Assembly: GCA_950097015.1 (NCBI GenBank)
Contig: CATNEN010000041.1
Location: 1,054,001-1,118,000, forward strand
Length of the DNA stretch: 64,000 bases
Reading direction: 5' to 3'
Origin: Macrostomum hystrix
Lineage: Eukaryota > Animalia > Platyhelminthes
Numbering within the stretch: position 1 is the first letter of the stretch; every line of letters begins with the position of its first letter. Shown here piece by piece: positions 47,481 to 60,311 of the stretch. Position numbers and translations under genes: made by a program. The notes beneath the pieces are model-generated. The model searched no databases. It saw only the letters and a program-made list of their open reading frames with translations, and was not told where the DNA came from.

Positions 47481-48369
47481 TAGAAGATAGCATTTCTTTT
47501 AATAGGCCTTCCAAAAATGGAACTATAAAACAACCGCGCACTAGACGCCAAAGTCACTAAGAGCTAACGCAAAAAATGACTAAAAAGGCTGTAGAAATAG
47601 ATATTAAAATCTTGCTATTGGTTTGGCTGATTTGCAGTGCTCAGTGCAAATAATTTTTTCATGCTGTTGCTCATTCTCACAACAGCAGCAGCCAGTCAGG
47701 AAACAGATCTTCCAGCGGAGCGCTCACGGACTGCTGCGAGCTCGGCTGCGACAGCGGCTGCTGCTGCTGCTGATCCTACAATATTGAAACAGAAAACTTT
47801 AATCATATGAAAAATAGGTATAGAGGATAAACATAGATCACACCAGGGGCAGTTGTACAGTCACTGGCATAGTCGCAGCAATGCCTAGCGAATCCAGACA
47901 CGGTGGAATGCATCTGTCCATGGACAGGGAGTGCCCATCTTACAGCGAAGTAAATTAAAGCTATGGGGAATTCAGTTTCTAAGATTCGAACTGCAGACCT
48001 CTCACTGGGCTAGAACCACCGCAGGTTAACAAGCTAATAATTATTTAGTTTCGTTCACAATAAACTAGTGGACAGCTTTATGAATACAAATATGAAAACA
48101 GTTGGACACGGAGAAGATCCCATTGATCCCATTTAAGTTGATTGCATTTATCACAAATCATACATGTAATCTGCCACTTCAGTTCCACCGATAACAAATG
48201 ACAATGTGTAAGCAATGCAATAAAAACTGCGTGCTTTTTAAATACACAATGGAATCGCTATTCAAAGCGAGCCTATATAAAAATAGTGAAACTTGGGTCT
48301 GGCCTACTTTATGCCAGCTTCTGCAGTTCCCATAACTTTTACTACAACTCTAAAATGTGCTAAATGGTC

Positions 48370-48370
<1 letters not shown>

Positions 48371-48410
<40 letters not shown>
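48371..48410. repeat. (GT)n microsatellite
   Basis: Direct inspection. Confidence 0.97.
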
Positions 48411-48413
<3 letters not shown>

Positions 48414-49067
48414 AGGTGGGCAGGGAGACACGAGAAACACGAGCCCAGCTGTTATATAGTCCGAGTGTGTGTTCAGTTGCATAAACAAAGCATATTTAAA
48501 TTCATTGCATAGTAATAACTCACTGACAGCCACACACAAAGAGTGAAAGGACAATGGCGCGCATATATATGCAACTATTAGAATAAATTTAGAAGCCAGA
48601 AGAGGCAATTAATGATGAGTAACAAAGACTAACACAAGAGCAGGCATTGTGGCGCTGGACAAAGACAAGACAGAAAATAAAGAATGAGAGATCAGGTGAT
48701 TGAGAGTTAGACAGAACTCACGCCAAGCTCGAGCAGACAATTCGGTAACAGCAGGCAACAAATAAAGAATGCAACACGTGCTAACACGACTGGTTCAGAG
48801 ACATTTAACAGACAAGAGCAGGTTGGAAAGGGTTTCATCAAAACCTTCCCTAGAAGTGACAGGACTTATAACCTAGTTTTTGTCCCGGAAACAAAGCAAA
48901 AACTCAACTTATGCAGGGTTGGCGAAAATCTCGCGGGTTTATAACAAGGCTCCGAAATCCAGCAGCAAGCCTCTTTCATGGACTGCTAAACTAATAGCAA
49001 CTACCGCGAAATATGCAGTTTAATGCTATCTTAAATAACATTATACTACTCAACTACGAGTACTCGT

Positions 49068-49684
49068 ACTCTCCCGTGTCTCATCTCTCCACTACACCAT
49101 TTCTCCCGTGTCTCATCTCTCCACTACACCATTTCTCCCGTGACTCATCTCTCCACTACACCATTTCTCCCTTGTCTCATCTCTCCACTACACCATTTCT
49201 CCCGTGTCTCATCTCTCCACTACCCCATTTCTCCCGTGTCTCATCTCTCCACTACACCATTTCTCCCGTGTCTCATCTCTCCACTACACCATTTCTCCCG
49301 TGTCTCATCTCTCCACTACCCCCATTTCTCCCGTGTCTTATCTATCCCCTGTATCATCACTCTCATGTCTCATCTCTCCCCTGTCTCATCACTCTTATGT
49401 CTCATCTCTCCCCTGTCTCATGTCTCACCTGTCTCCTCTCTCCCCTGTCTCATGTCTCACCTGTCTCCTCTCTCCCCTGTCTCATGTCTCACCTGTCTCA
49501 TCACTCTTATGTCTCATGTCTCCCCTGTCTCATGTCTCACCTGTCTCCTCTCTCCCCTGTCTCATGTCTCACCTGTCTCATCACTCTCATGTCTCATGTC
49601 TCACCTGTCTCATCACTCTTATGTCTAATGTCTCACCTGTCTCATCACTCTTATGTCTCATGTCTCACCTGTCTCATCACTCTC
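49068..49684. repeat. Compound CT-rich minisatellite (about 32-33-bp TCTCCCGTGTCTCATCTCTCCACTACACCATT, then TGTCTCA-based units)
   Basis: Periodicity visible directly in the sequence. Confidence 0.9.
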
Positions 49685-50864
49685 AAGTTTCAACTTTACT
49701 TGAGCAATAAATAAAGAAATGAAAATCATTATTAATTGCTATAAACTTGAAAATTATGCAATTCCAAGTGAACACAATTAGCAAATTACAAAAGACCCAT
49801 CGGTAGAAAAGCGTACATGCTTAAACACAGGTGTACACTTATTGCTTTAAGCTCCTCGTACTTCTCATACTATAGGAGTATTCATACTCCTACAGTATGA
49901 GATGGAGCCCAACTGGAAGTGACCTATGCACAAAACCCAGGTGAATTCAACACAGACACACCGAATTCCACAAGCAATTCCGCTTGAGTTCACACGCTCA
50001 CAGTAACCCGAGACCAGCACTTCACTCTCCCTTCCTCCCGCTCTGAGGCTACGCAGCTAAAAAAATAGGACTGAAGAAAGCCGAGCCTCTAGGAGTCTCT
50101 GATTTCCTCAGCTCCGAATTGCTTGCTCTAAAAAAGCACTGGAGCCAGCCAGAGACCACCCGCAACAATGCCTGCCTACGAAGCGGAACCACCCAAACTG
50201 CAACCCGACCGCATGGCAACAGGCGGATTGGCGGCGGCGCAGCTTCCTCTCCCACTGCGTGATTCCTCAAAGCCTAGACAGAAGGGGAAAAGTAGGGGCA
50301 GCCTATGAATGGCCCAAACAGATTAGCACCGCCGGTGACGCAACCGACCGGCCGGGCCCATCTGGCGGCAGGAACTGCCAGATTATGGGGACAATGGGAA
50401 AATATAAAAAAGAAATGGGATATCCTGGGATTTAATTCCCCTAGCTGGGCCCCGGAGACAACCCCAGCCGGGAGGTTTCGAGTTTGACTTTTGTCTCCCT
50501 AATTGCTCCAGTGAAGTGGAACGGAATTAAGAATGCAAAGCTAAACACACAGTCAGCGGCCCAGCTACCTGTTTCGCAGGTGACAAAAAGCTCTAGACAA
50601 ATCTAAATCTTATTTAAAGAGAATATTAAAAGGGATTAGAAAAAAAGTGTGATTTAATCCCAAAAGAGCTTCTTATAAGAGGGTCCCAATTAGCACAAGC
50701 AAGGTGCCTCTTGATCGCTTAATAAGTTAACCAAATAGATGAGACAATAAATGGCCGTAGCGGGAAATAACAAAGGAATTTATCCGGCAGGAACCTGCTG
50801 CGATTCTAAGTGGACCTGCTATGATACAGGCCACGTTTATTTGAAATTAACTGTGGCACCTGCG

Positions 50865-51360
50865 GCGATTCTAGCGATCCAACCTGCTGCGATTCCAGCT
50901 ATATACCCTGCTGCGATTCCAGCTACATACCCTGCTGTGATTCCAGCTACATACCCTGCTGCAATTCCAGCTACATACCCTGCTGCGATTCCAGCTACAT
51001 ACCCTGCTGCGATTCCAGCTACATAACCTGCTGCGATTCCAGCTACATACCCTGCTGCGATTCCAGCTACATACCCTGCTGTGATTCCAGCTACATACCC
51101 TGCTGCGATTCCAGCTACATACCCTGCTGCGATTCCAGCTACATACCCTGCTGTGATTCCAGCTACATACCCTGCTGTGATTCCAGCTACGTACTCGTAC
51201 TCCGCTGCGATTCCAGCAATCCAACTGCTGCGATTCCTGCTACGTAGTCCGCTGCGATTCCAGCCATCTACTCCGCTGCGATTCCAGCTTCCATAACCCG
51301 CTGCGATTTCAGCAATCCACCCTACTGCGACACCAGCTACCAACTATGCTGCGATTCCAG
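50865..51360. repeat. 24-bp minisatellite (CCTGCTGCGATTCCAGCTACATAC)
   Basis: Periodicity visible directly in the sequence. Confidence 0.93.
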
Positions 51361-51484
51361 CAACTTAACTTTTTTGATTTTTTCCAATTTCAAACCAGGC
51401 CATGCTTATTTTGATTAATGAAGAAAAAACAAGTGAATTAAGTTGTCTCGACTAAACTAACAGCAGAAGACAGCAATTGAAAAG

Positions 51485-51490
51485 TTTATT
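51485..51490 (-). promoter_or_regulatory. Candidate polyadenylation signal AATAAA for the RhoGAP gene
   Basis: TTTATT on the + strand about 90 nt past the RhoGAP stop codon. Confidence 0.45.
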
Positions 51491-51578
51491 AGGGCATTTA
51501 CAAGACCAAATAGATTTCTCAATGAAAGCAAACGCAAATAAAGAGTCAGAATTCCCGACAGCCGCAGCTCGACACGAG

Positions 51579-53351
51579 TCAGCGACCAGAGCCCGACGTC
51601 GCTGGCAGCTTCGCCGTTAGAAGGCCTTCAGAGCGAAGCAAGCTGGACTTTAACGATGGCGACAGAAGCCACGGCCAGCGACTGCCGCCGACAGCCTTGC
51701 ACCTCTGTCGGCGAATTCCGCCGCGCAGGCGAAGAGCTCGGAGGCTGTCGCGAGGAGAAAACTCATCGTCGGCGACCTTGCGGCGACATCGGAGCAGGCG
51801 ACGTCGGCGGGAATCGCTAGCTGACGATAAGTGGCAGCTGGACGATGTCGTTGCCAATGTCGACGGATAGTCCGATGGCGAAGGCGAGGGCGAGGCAGAC
51901 GGCGAATGCAGCGATGGCGATGACGGTGTCGCCAGGCGGTTCAGCAGGAACTGACGCAGGCGCCGCCTTTCCGCATCATCGACTTCGTCAACTCGGCGAC
52001 GACAGCCAGAGCCACCGATGAGGGGCTCGGGATGGCGCTGACATAGCCGACTGCCGGAGACCAGATTTTTTAGGGAGGTCACGCTGAGCGGAGCTGCTCG
52101 GCTTGTCGGCGTGGCGGGCGGCGTGGCTTCCACCGACGAGGGATGACGAGGCAGCGGCGGTGGTCGGCCACGCCGATGTCCCGGACTGCGGCTGCGAGAG
52201 CGGGACCGACTGGCGAACCGGCTGACTGCGGCGCGCAGGGCGGCGAATGCGCCTCCGCTGCCGCCACCACCGCTGCAACTTTCACTACGTCCGCGAAGCT
52301 TCGCAGCTGATTTGCTTTTGCTCAACGCCACAGGGTGAGCAGCAGCAGCAGCAGCAGCAGCAGCTGTAGAAGACTGTGATGGCTCGGCAGCGCAGACAGC
52401 GGAATCGTCGTGTTCGCCGAGCTCTCGATGGTGCCGGATGAGCAGGGCGGCCGCGGCGTTCAGACGAGCCACGGCGTCTCTGGGCGAGGCGGGGGAGGCG
52501 GCGGCGCTGTCCACGTGTCGCAGCAGGCAGGGTCCGAGGCAGGTGGCCAGGTTGCTGGCGTCCATGCGGTTCAGGGCGGAGTGCTGGGCCACCTGGGGGA
52601 CGATAAGAGGCGGTGGGAGGGTGGAGATTGCGGTTCCCATGATTGATTCGTGCAGGAATAATTTGACTGGGAATCTGTCCACTCAATAGCCTGGCCGAGC
52701 ATTTCATTTGAATGTTGGAATTTTTATTAATAAATTATGCCTAGAGACTGACATTTCAGTAAGCCCCACACCAACCTGCGCCAGAAAGCCGCACAGATGC
52801 CGCAGCGCTCGCAATTGGCTTGCTGTCACCGTCGGCGGTCGGCAGCGACGTCTGAGTAGGTCGCGAGCTCGACTCCCGTCAATATCGGACGCGTCAGCGC
52901 CGGCTTCGGCCAGCTCCCTGGCCAGCGACGGAGGCAGCAGCGGCTCCGGCAGTTCGCGCAGCCAGGCCTTCAGCGCGCAGGCGGCGTCCCTGGCCGGCGT
53001 GGCCTCGCCGATGATCCCGATCCCGACGCCCTGTCCGCCATCGATCCGGCGCCGCAGCTCCTGCAGACGGGAGCGCGGAGCCTCCACCCGGAAGAGCCCC
53101 TCCACGGTGAGGTGTCCGGCCAGGTGGTGGCAGCAGGCGGCCATGAGGGCGGGCACCGGGCCCAGTCCGGGCACCTCAACGGTTGGCTGCGAGTCCAATG
53201 CCCGGCCGAAGAATCTGCTGGCGCCGCTGTTGTCATGGCAACAGGGCTTCCGCTGCTGCTGCTGATTTAGCCTGGGCCGGCTGGGCAGGCGCAGCAGGCC
53301 GGCAAGAAAGGGTGACGGCAGCAGCGCCGGCTTGATGAGTGGCGATTCCAT
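51579..53351 (-). CDS. ARHGAP11A: RhoGAP-domain protein, ARHGAP11A-like, about 529 aa; exons 53351-52776 and 52592-51579
   Basis: FFGRALDSQPTVEVPGLGPVPALMAACCHHLAGHLTVEGLFRV (arginine finger)...LKAWLRELPEPLLP...FLAQ|VAQHSALNRMDASNLATCLGPCLL. The N-terminal FG..P...VP..G.VP pattern resembles ARHGAP11A as I recall it; a long low-complexity tail follows. The symbol is a best guess of subfamily. Confidence 0.8.
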
Positions 53352-55081
53352 GACGATGCGGCAACCCAGAACTGACTAGCAGCTGGCAGAGCCTCGCTTT
53401 ATGTTTGGAATGAACTCGGCAATTTGATGGAAAGCGCCGTGCTTAGAATTTCGCGCGCTTCGCTTTGCTTGACGTTGGAGAATTCGCGCCGCGGAATATT
53501 TATACAGAGAGGAGCTGAGGAATGTGCCAGGCTTGGACACTCCACAGCGACCCCCACCCCAGCCCGTCTCCCTTCCGCAGCCAATTAAAAACGAGGTCTC
53601 CCGAACCCCCAAAACCCCATTCCCCTCCCCCAGGATCGCATCCCAGGCTCAAAGCCTCACAAAGAAGCCGCCAGCCGAGCCGGGTGATTTATTCCCATCT
53701 TGTTGTCTTATAAAAAATCGTGAGCAGTCTCCACACCTGGCCCCCTAGCCTCGGTTACGTAGAAACAGAGCACAAAAAGCTGATTTAGATTGTTCCTTAA
53801 AACTTCTTTCTTCCCTTTTTTAGTTTCCTATCGAAGATCAACAAAGAAAACAAGCGGCCTCAGAAACACACAAAGGAGGGATCCCGCATCGAGTTGGGGG
53901 GGGGTGCCGCTGACAAACAAGACGAGCACACAATCAAAGAAAAAAATCCAAAGCTGTCTCTGATCAAAATCCTAATGGGATTAAGGGGGTCTCGTGCAGG
54001 GATAAAATCTGGTCTCCAGATCAGATATTTTCCTTCTACCTGACGAGACCTACTTGCCATTCAAACAGTACGCATGGGGGCTTAAGGAACAAAGACTGAA
54101 ACAGCCTATTAGGAGCAAGAGAGGAGCAGCTGGTCTCAGCGGCCCACTTAGGGAGTTTCTCGTGGCCTCCACGTGTCAGCAACCACACAATGAGCCGGCC
54201 TGCCAATATTCCTCATCAAAAATAATAAATTCGAAAAAACCTCGGAATAAGAAATCAAATTTAGTGTTCTCCCCATTATTTCACTGAGCTGGCACGCTGA
54301 ACTGAGTGACTTGAAGGCCCACGCCAGATGGTGGGTCTTGAGACTGCAGGCAGCCGCGCCAGCTGCGTTTTTACCTCCGCGGAGCCTTTCCCAAAAATGA
54401 GACCTCCGCCTCTCCACATATATTATTTCCGTGTTTTATTGCTCCGAGCACAATAACGCCTAGGTGAATAAATATATTATATTACCTGGGTCAGGTCACA
54501 GCACAGACACGGACGGACAAGAACGAGCTGCATAAGACGGATCTTATACAAGACACTGAGACAGAAAAAACTCGGCCTCAATCATTGTCAAGGAATCTGA
54601 CTAGACTGCATCTGCCAGAGTCCACTCATCACCATCCACCATCAACACTGAGTAGATTTCATTAATTGCCAGAGTCAGGTTAAATTATATCGAGTCTTTG
54701 TTCTTTGAAAGTTGACAGCATGTCTAGTCTAGACTCCGACTATTGTGAATAAGTCAGTGGGAATTTCCCATTGGGTTGAGCTCTGTTGCTATCTGCCTTT
54801 CTCCTCGGCAAACACTTGCGACCAATCTTCAAAAATTTAATAGGATAAATGTTTAAGACAGCGACAGAGAGAAAAAGCGAAGGAGCAGCTTGAGAACGCT
54901 CACTGATAGACAGACAGTTCCGGGTCTTTGTTCTGACACGTGGGTCTTTGTTTGCGCTGAGACTGCGCGACACGGGAAGAGAGGCGACGGGAATTCTAAC
55001 CGGATCGAATGGCATATTGTCAAATAAATGCTTGAGAACATGATGGCGGCGTTTGAGTGCGAGTGAACTGGCAAAAAAAGC

Positions 55082-58000
55082 TCAGGGACTTTCCGGGAAC
55101 GCGTGACTGGGCTTGAAGACAGACGACTGGCTTAGCCGTTTAAATAAATATTCTTCTAGAAAGTTAGACGATGATTTAGACAAGCTGTTGCCACTTCTTA
55201 ATGACTTCAGCTAAGCCGCTTGGAAGACTAAACTAAATGCTGCTTATGAAATGTGACACAGTCTGCACCCGGTAAATATAAAAGATATCACCTTATCAAA
55301 CTTTATTAAACACTTGACAATTTAGTTGGTAAGTTTAAACTATCTACCTGGCCATCTACCACCTATGTACCTGGCCATCTAACACCTATCTACCTGGCCA
55401 TCTAACACCTATCTACCTGGCCATCAAATATATATCTAACTGGCCATCAAATATATATCTACCTGGCCATCTACCACCTATCTACCTGGCCATCTACCAC
55501 CTATCTACCTGGCCATCTACCACCTATCTACCTGGCCATCTACCACCTATCTACCTGGCCATCTACTATCTATCTACCTGGCCATCTACTATCTATCTAC
55601 CTGGCCATCTACTATCTACCTGGCCATCTACTATCTATCTACCTGGCCATCTACCACCTATCTGCCTAGGTGTCCATCTACAACCTATCCACCTGGTGAT
55701 TTACTCCAGGCGCCCAACTCACCATCAGTCGAGTCTCCACGCTGGGCAGGTGGCCGGGCAGGGCGGAGGCGGGCTGGCGGCCCTGAGACTCTGGGTTAAT
55801 CCAGTGGCAGCAGATTAGTGGATCTGAGTCAGCCGGCGAGCCGTCGAAATTCACCGGCGCTGCCAGCTGTTAAAGAAAAAACGATTGGACAGCTTTTATA
55901 AAAATCTATAGAAACTATTACTATTCTTCAACTGCCTACTAACAGTAAAAAGTAGGAAAATGTACAAAAATCATTAAGTTTGCATCCAATTGCTAATCAT
56001 GAAAGGATTACAAGATAAAAAAGCGAGACAATGATAAGATTTTGGAAAAGAAACTAATTGAATCCAATAATTGCATCGGGAGTATCAAAGAATCTGAGAG
56101 AGATTATCAAAGAATCTGAGAGAGATTATCAAAGAATCTGAGAGAGATTATCAAAGAATCTGAGAGAGATTATCAAAGAATCTGAGAGAGATTATCAAAT
56201 AATCTGAGACAGATTATCAAAGAATCTGAGAGAGATTATCAAAGAATCTGAGACAGATTATCAAAGAATCTGAGAGAGATTATCAAAGAATCTGAGAGAG
56301 ATTATCAAAGAATCTGGGAGAGATTAACAAAGAATCTGAGAGAGATTATCAAAGACTCAGGCAGGCAGCAGGTCCCGAACTCACAGCGCACTCCTCGACA
56401 TCCCCGTCGATCTCGTCATTCGCGACGGTGCCGAACCAATCGCCGGCCGACGCCAGCAACTCCTGCCGCTCCGGCAGGCTCCAGTTGCTGGACGACTCGC
56501 TGCTCATCAATCCAGGAGAGGACGGCGCGGGCTGCCGCTGCTGCTCATTGCTGACCCGCCTGAGCTGTCCTGAAGACACCAGGCTGCACAATCCGGCCTC
56601 GTCGCCTCTCCACGAAAACATTGTCACCTGCTGCTGCTGCTGATAAAGAAATTGACGCGACGACTGCAACACGCCGCCGCCGCAACCGCTGTCAGCTGAC
56701 GATACGAGGCGGGTCACGCGAGACTGCAATTAAATTACAAATGTACTACTGTCAGTATCTTGAAAACTGGGTTTGATGAGGGTGAAAATAATTCGGTTAA
56801 AGGTCTTCACCCCTATTGGCATTGACACAACACACTAAATAAACAGGCCCCGGTCATGTGACAAATTTACATTGCATCCAGGCGAACCCGAAGAGTCTGA
56901 TGGACAGTAGCGGCGCCATGTTATTACTTTTAGCATTTTAAGCATTTAAGTTCGACTGCACTGACTGGCCCAATTACTTGCAAACCGGGCCGATATGTAC
57001 CGAAAACGAATTGTATCAAAGAAAATATTTTCAGGAAATTACTGCGCAGTTAAAAACGAATTAATCTTTGCAGAGGGGCTGCGGCAATTTAAATTGGCGG
57101 GTTGAACCGCAGGCTGCAGCCAATCCTGGCCATTCCGCTGACCCCAGAGCACACACTCACACAGGTGCAACTGACTTTCTCATCGTCAGGCAGTATGCAC
57201 TCCCACCGTGCTTTAGGATTTGGCCCTTGCTTAGCCTTGCAAACAGCTTAGAGATAAGTGGCGAATAAAAGAACAGAAAATAGTTAGCTGCATGAGAGCA
57301 GTAGACACTGACACACCAATTTCACAGAGACACGCATGTGACAGCGCAAAAGGTAGCTGATAACTACGAAAACAGAAAAAGTATATCATATTCTATTTTA
57401 TGATAAGCTGTTGCCGCTGAATGAAATTTGCAACTTCCAGCATTGAAAACAACAGGACAGGCTTAAGTGTGACAGCAGGTTAACAGGCAGATACTGCGTA
57501 CATTGCTGCTTCAGTAATGACACACATTCCACAGAAACCACTGCCTAGCTGTACTTTAGCTGCAAAATTAATCTTACTGCCTTTTGCTTCGTCTGTTGCA
57601 ATTGCTCAGCGGCAATCAAGGAACACAACAGAGCTATTCGCTTTTAACCCTCATTTGGTCAGCTATTAGCCCCTGATTTAGTCAGTTATTAGCCCCTGAT
57701 TTAGTCAGCTATTAGCCTCTGATTTAGTCAGTTATTAGCCCCTGATTTAGTCAGTTATTAGCCCCTGAATTAGTCAGTTATTAGCCCCTGATTTAGTCAG
57801 TTATTAGCCCCTGATTTAGTCAGTTATTAGCCCTTGATTTAGTCAGTTATTAGCCCCTGATTTAGTCAGTTATTAGCCCCTGATTTAGTCAGCTATTAGC
57901 CCCTGATTTAGTCAGTTATTAGCCCCTGATTTAGTCAGTTATTAGCCCCTGATTTAGTCAGTTATTAGCCCCTGATTTAGTCAGCTATTAGCCCCTGATT

Positions 58001-58849
58001 TAGTCAGCTATTAGCCCCTGATTTAGTCAGTTATTAGCCCCTGATTTAGTCAGCTATTAGCCCCTGATTTAGTCAGTTATTAGCCCCTGATTTAGTCAGT
58101 TATTAGCCCCTGAATTAGTCAGTTATTAGCCACTGATTTAGTCAGTTATTAGCCCCTGATTTAGTCAGTTATTAGCCCCTGATTTAGTCAGCTATTAGCC
58201 CCTGATTTAGTCAGTTATTAGCCCCTGATTTAGTCAGTTATTAGCCCCTGATTTAGTCAGTTATTAGCCCCTGATTTAGTCAGTTATTAGCCCCTGATTT
58301 AGTCAGTTATTAGCCCCTGATTTAGTCAGCTATTAGCCCCTGATTTAGTCAGTTATTAGCCCCTGATTTAGTCAATCATTAGCCCTTTTTAGACAGGTAT
58401 TGTTCCTACTAAGCCAACTTCCCGGGAACCTATTTTCTCACCTCACTGGCGTTGCTCCGCCTTCGACTCAGGCGGCTACGGCGTGGTCGCTGCTTCGCTT
58501 TGCCGCTGCTGCCAACGCTAGTTGTAGTGGCCAAAAGCCGCGGCTGCTTCGCCGGCGGATGCAACAACGCCGACACTGGCGGCAGCGGCTGAGGAGGGAG
58601 CGGAGAAGTCGGAGATGGAGGCAAACTAGTCGAAGGTGAGAAAACAATCTCGACTGTAGCCACGTCTGAGGCCGAGGCGCATTTCACCGAGCTCATCGCC
58701 GAAGGCCGAGTGGGCGCCGGAGCCCTGCTGACAGTCTGGTGGTGCCTTGAAGTCACCTCCACTGCGTTATCTGGCGAGTCGGCGAAATCGCTGCCCGCAA
58801 TGGCCACGTCGTCCTCCTGTCTGCGAGGCAGAGTCTGCTTGCGGACCAT
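55082..58849 (-). CDS. Uncharacterised S/P/Q-rich protein, about 339 aa; exons 58849-58442, 56723-56385, 55866-55723, 55210-55082
   Basis: Three GT-AG introns, all phase 0 (GAG|GTGAGA, GCT|GTGAGT, ATG|GTGAGT; acceptors TTGCAG, TTTAACAG, GGCTTAG). The frame is open across all junctions, and exon 3 is open only in this frame. The last exon is the least certain. Confidence 0.55.
55340..55670. repeat. 23-bp minisatellite (CTACCTGGCCATCTACCACCTAT)
   Basis: Periodicity visible directly in the sequence. Confidence 0.9.
56088..56352. repeat. 22-bp minisatellite (TATCAAAGAATCTGAGAGAGAT), about 12 copies
   Basis: Periodicity visible directly in the sequence. Confidence 0.95.
57655..58385. repeat. 23-bp minisatellite (GCCCCTGATTTAGTCAGTTATTA), about 32 copies
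   Basis: Periodicity visible directly in the sequence. Confidence 0.95.
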
Positions 58850-59655
58850 GACGATGATGGGGATGATGAAGGCGTCGAGGGTGATCAGCGTTGCTAATGA
58901 CTAGACCTGCTTCCCGTAGAGGCTGTGGAATTCAATTTAGGCTTGTGCATGTACAATGGCACACTTTATATGCAGAATTTCTAAGATAATTTTTTTTAGT
59001 TTACTGTTTCTGGTTTAATAGCACAGTTTCAGCGGAAAGAAAACATAAATGTAACTAAACAACAATTAAGCAGTTTAAAAGAACAAAATCAAAACATAGA
59101 ATTTTTTACATAACAAAAAGAAATTACTTTGTTATTAGCAAAATATGAAAAAATAAGGGTTAGTTTAATAATTTAGATACCAATTACCAATACAGCATAT
59201 TAACTACTCAATAATTAACATGTAAGTTTAACTAATAGCCTTATAAAGAACACACATAAAACTTTTAATGATGATTAATAAGGAAAGAATTTTAGAAAAA
59301 TAAAACAAATAACGCTTTGTCATTAAGGTATGTATATATAGACTCCCTATAGGTTGTTGATATAAGTGATAGCCAAGCCCTAGGTCAATGCCAGCTGTTA
59401 GCTTAAATTCTACTGCTTTGATCACTTAATAATTACTATATAAAGTTTAAGTCTAGCTTAGGTTGTATGAATATTTTAGATTTTGGACTTAGATTAGAAA
59501 GACCAAAAATGTTAATTCTGAATTATAATATCACCCATTCCCATTAAGCTAATAAAACAGCAACTCCAGATTCTTAGAAAGAACCTTATGTTTCAGTTAA
59601 TTTGTTCCTACTTATTTACTATAATAAGTAAAGTAGTGCAAAATAAATAGGAAGT

Positions 59656-60311
59656 GCTTATTCCCATGGTCCCGTGCCGATAATTTCAATTTTATCCACA
59701 CGGATCCATGCCGATAATTTTCTGCTTATCCACACGGCAGCTTGTATGAATAGGTCTACTTTCAAGTCCCTACTATTCTTCTCTGAGCATAAGGATTTTG
59801 CTTCAGAGTATAGTTTATAGTGTACACTATCAATGCATAGTGTAAAAGAATAACAATGATGTATAATATGTGTGACGAGTTTGGTGCTGACCAGAATTCT
59901 GCTGGTTGACTCGTATGATTTTCTTTGATTGACTTCTTACTTTCTAAGTCAATACAATTCGAATGAAAACATGTAACGATGACAAAAGATTTAGTAAGTT
60001 GTTATTACAAAAATTAAAAAGGATGACACTAATGTCGGTTAATGAATGTGTAGGTCAAAATGTAGAACACTGTTGTAACACACTGGGAACTTTGTCGATC
60101 TATTGGCTTGAGGGTTCAGCAAAACGGTCAAACCCGAAAGGGCCTCGTTTCAAAGAACAGAACCGCATGGATAAAATTGAAATTAATGCCACGGCATATA
60201 TAGAGTTTTAGACCTATTCAGACAAGCTGCCATGTGGATAAGCAGAAAATTATCGGCATGGCTCCGTGTGGATAAAATTGAAATTATTGGCATGGGACTG
60301 TGGGAATAAGC
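59656..60311. mobile_element. Putative MITE / non-autonomous DNA transposon with about 103-bp imperfect terminal inverted repeats
   Basis: 59656-59758 (GCTTATTCCC...ATAGGTCTA) is the reverse complement of 60209-60311 (TAGACCTATT...GGGAATAAGC) with scattered mismatches. The core is AT-rich and non-coding, and no clear TSD is visible. Confidence 0.65.

Noticed and set aside
50049-50487. Short ORFs in a moderately GC-rich patch
   Set aside because: No consistent splice signals or homology
54740-55074. Alternative exon after TTTTGCCAG| with ORFs of 73-91 aa
   Set aside because: Its phase is incompatible with the preceding exon; the phase-0 acceptor at 55211 gives a cleaner model
59692-60275. 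Four perfect bacterial DnaA boxes (TTATCCACA at 59692 and 59726; reverse at 60233 and 60267)
   Set aside because: They are subrepeats duplicated within the TIRs of a eukaryotic element, with no bacterial genes or oriC context
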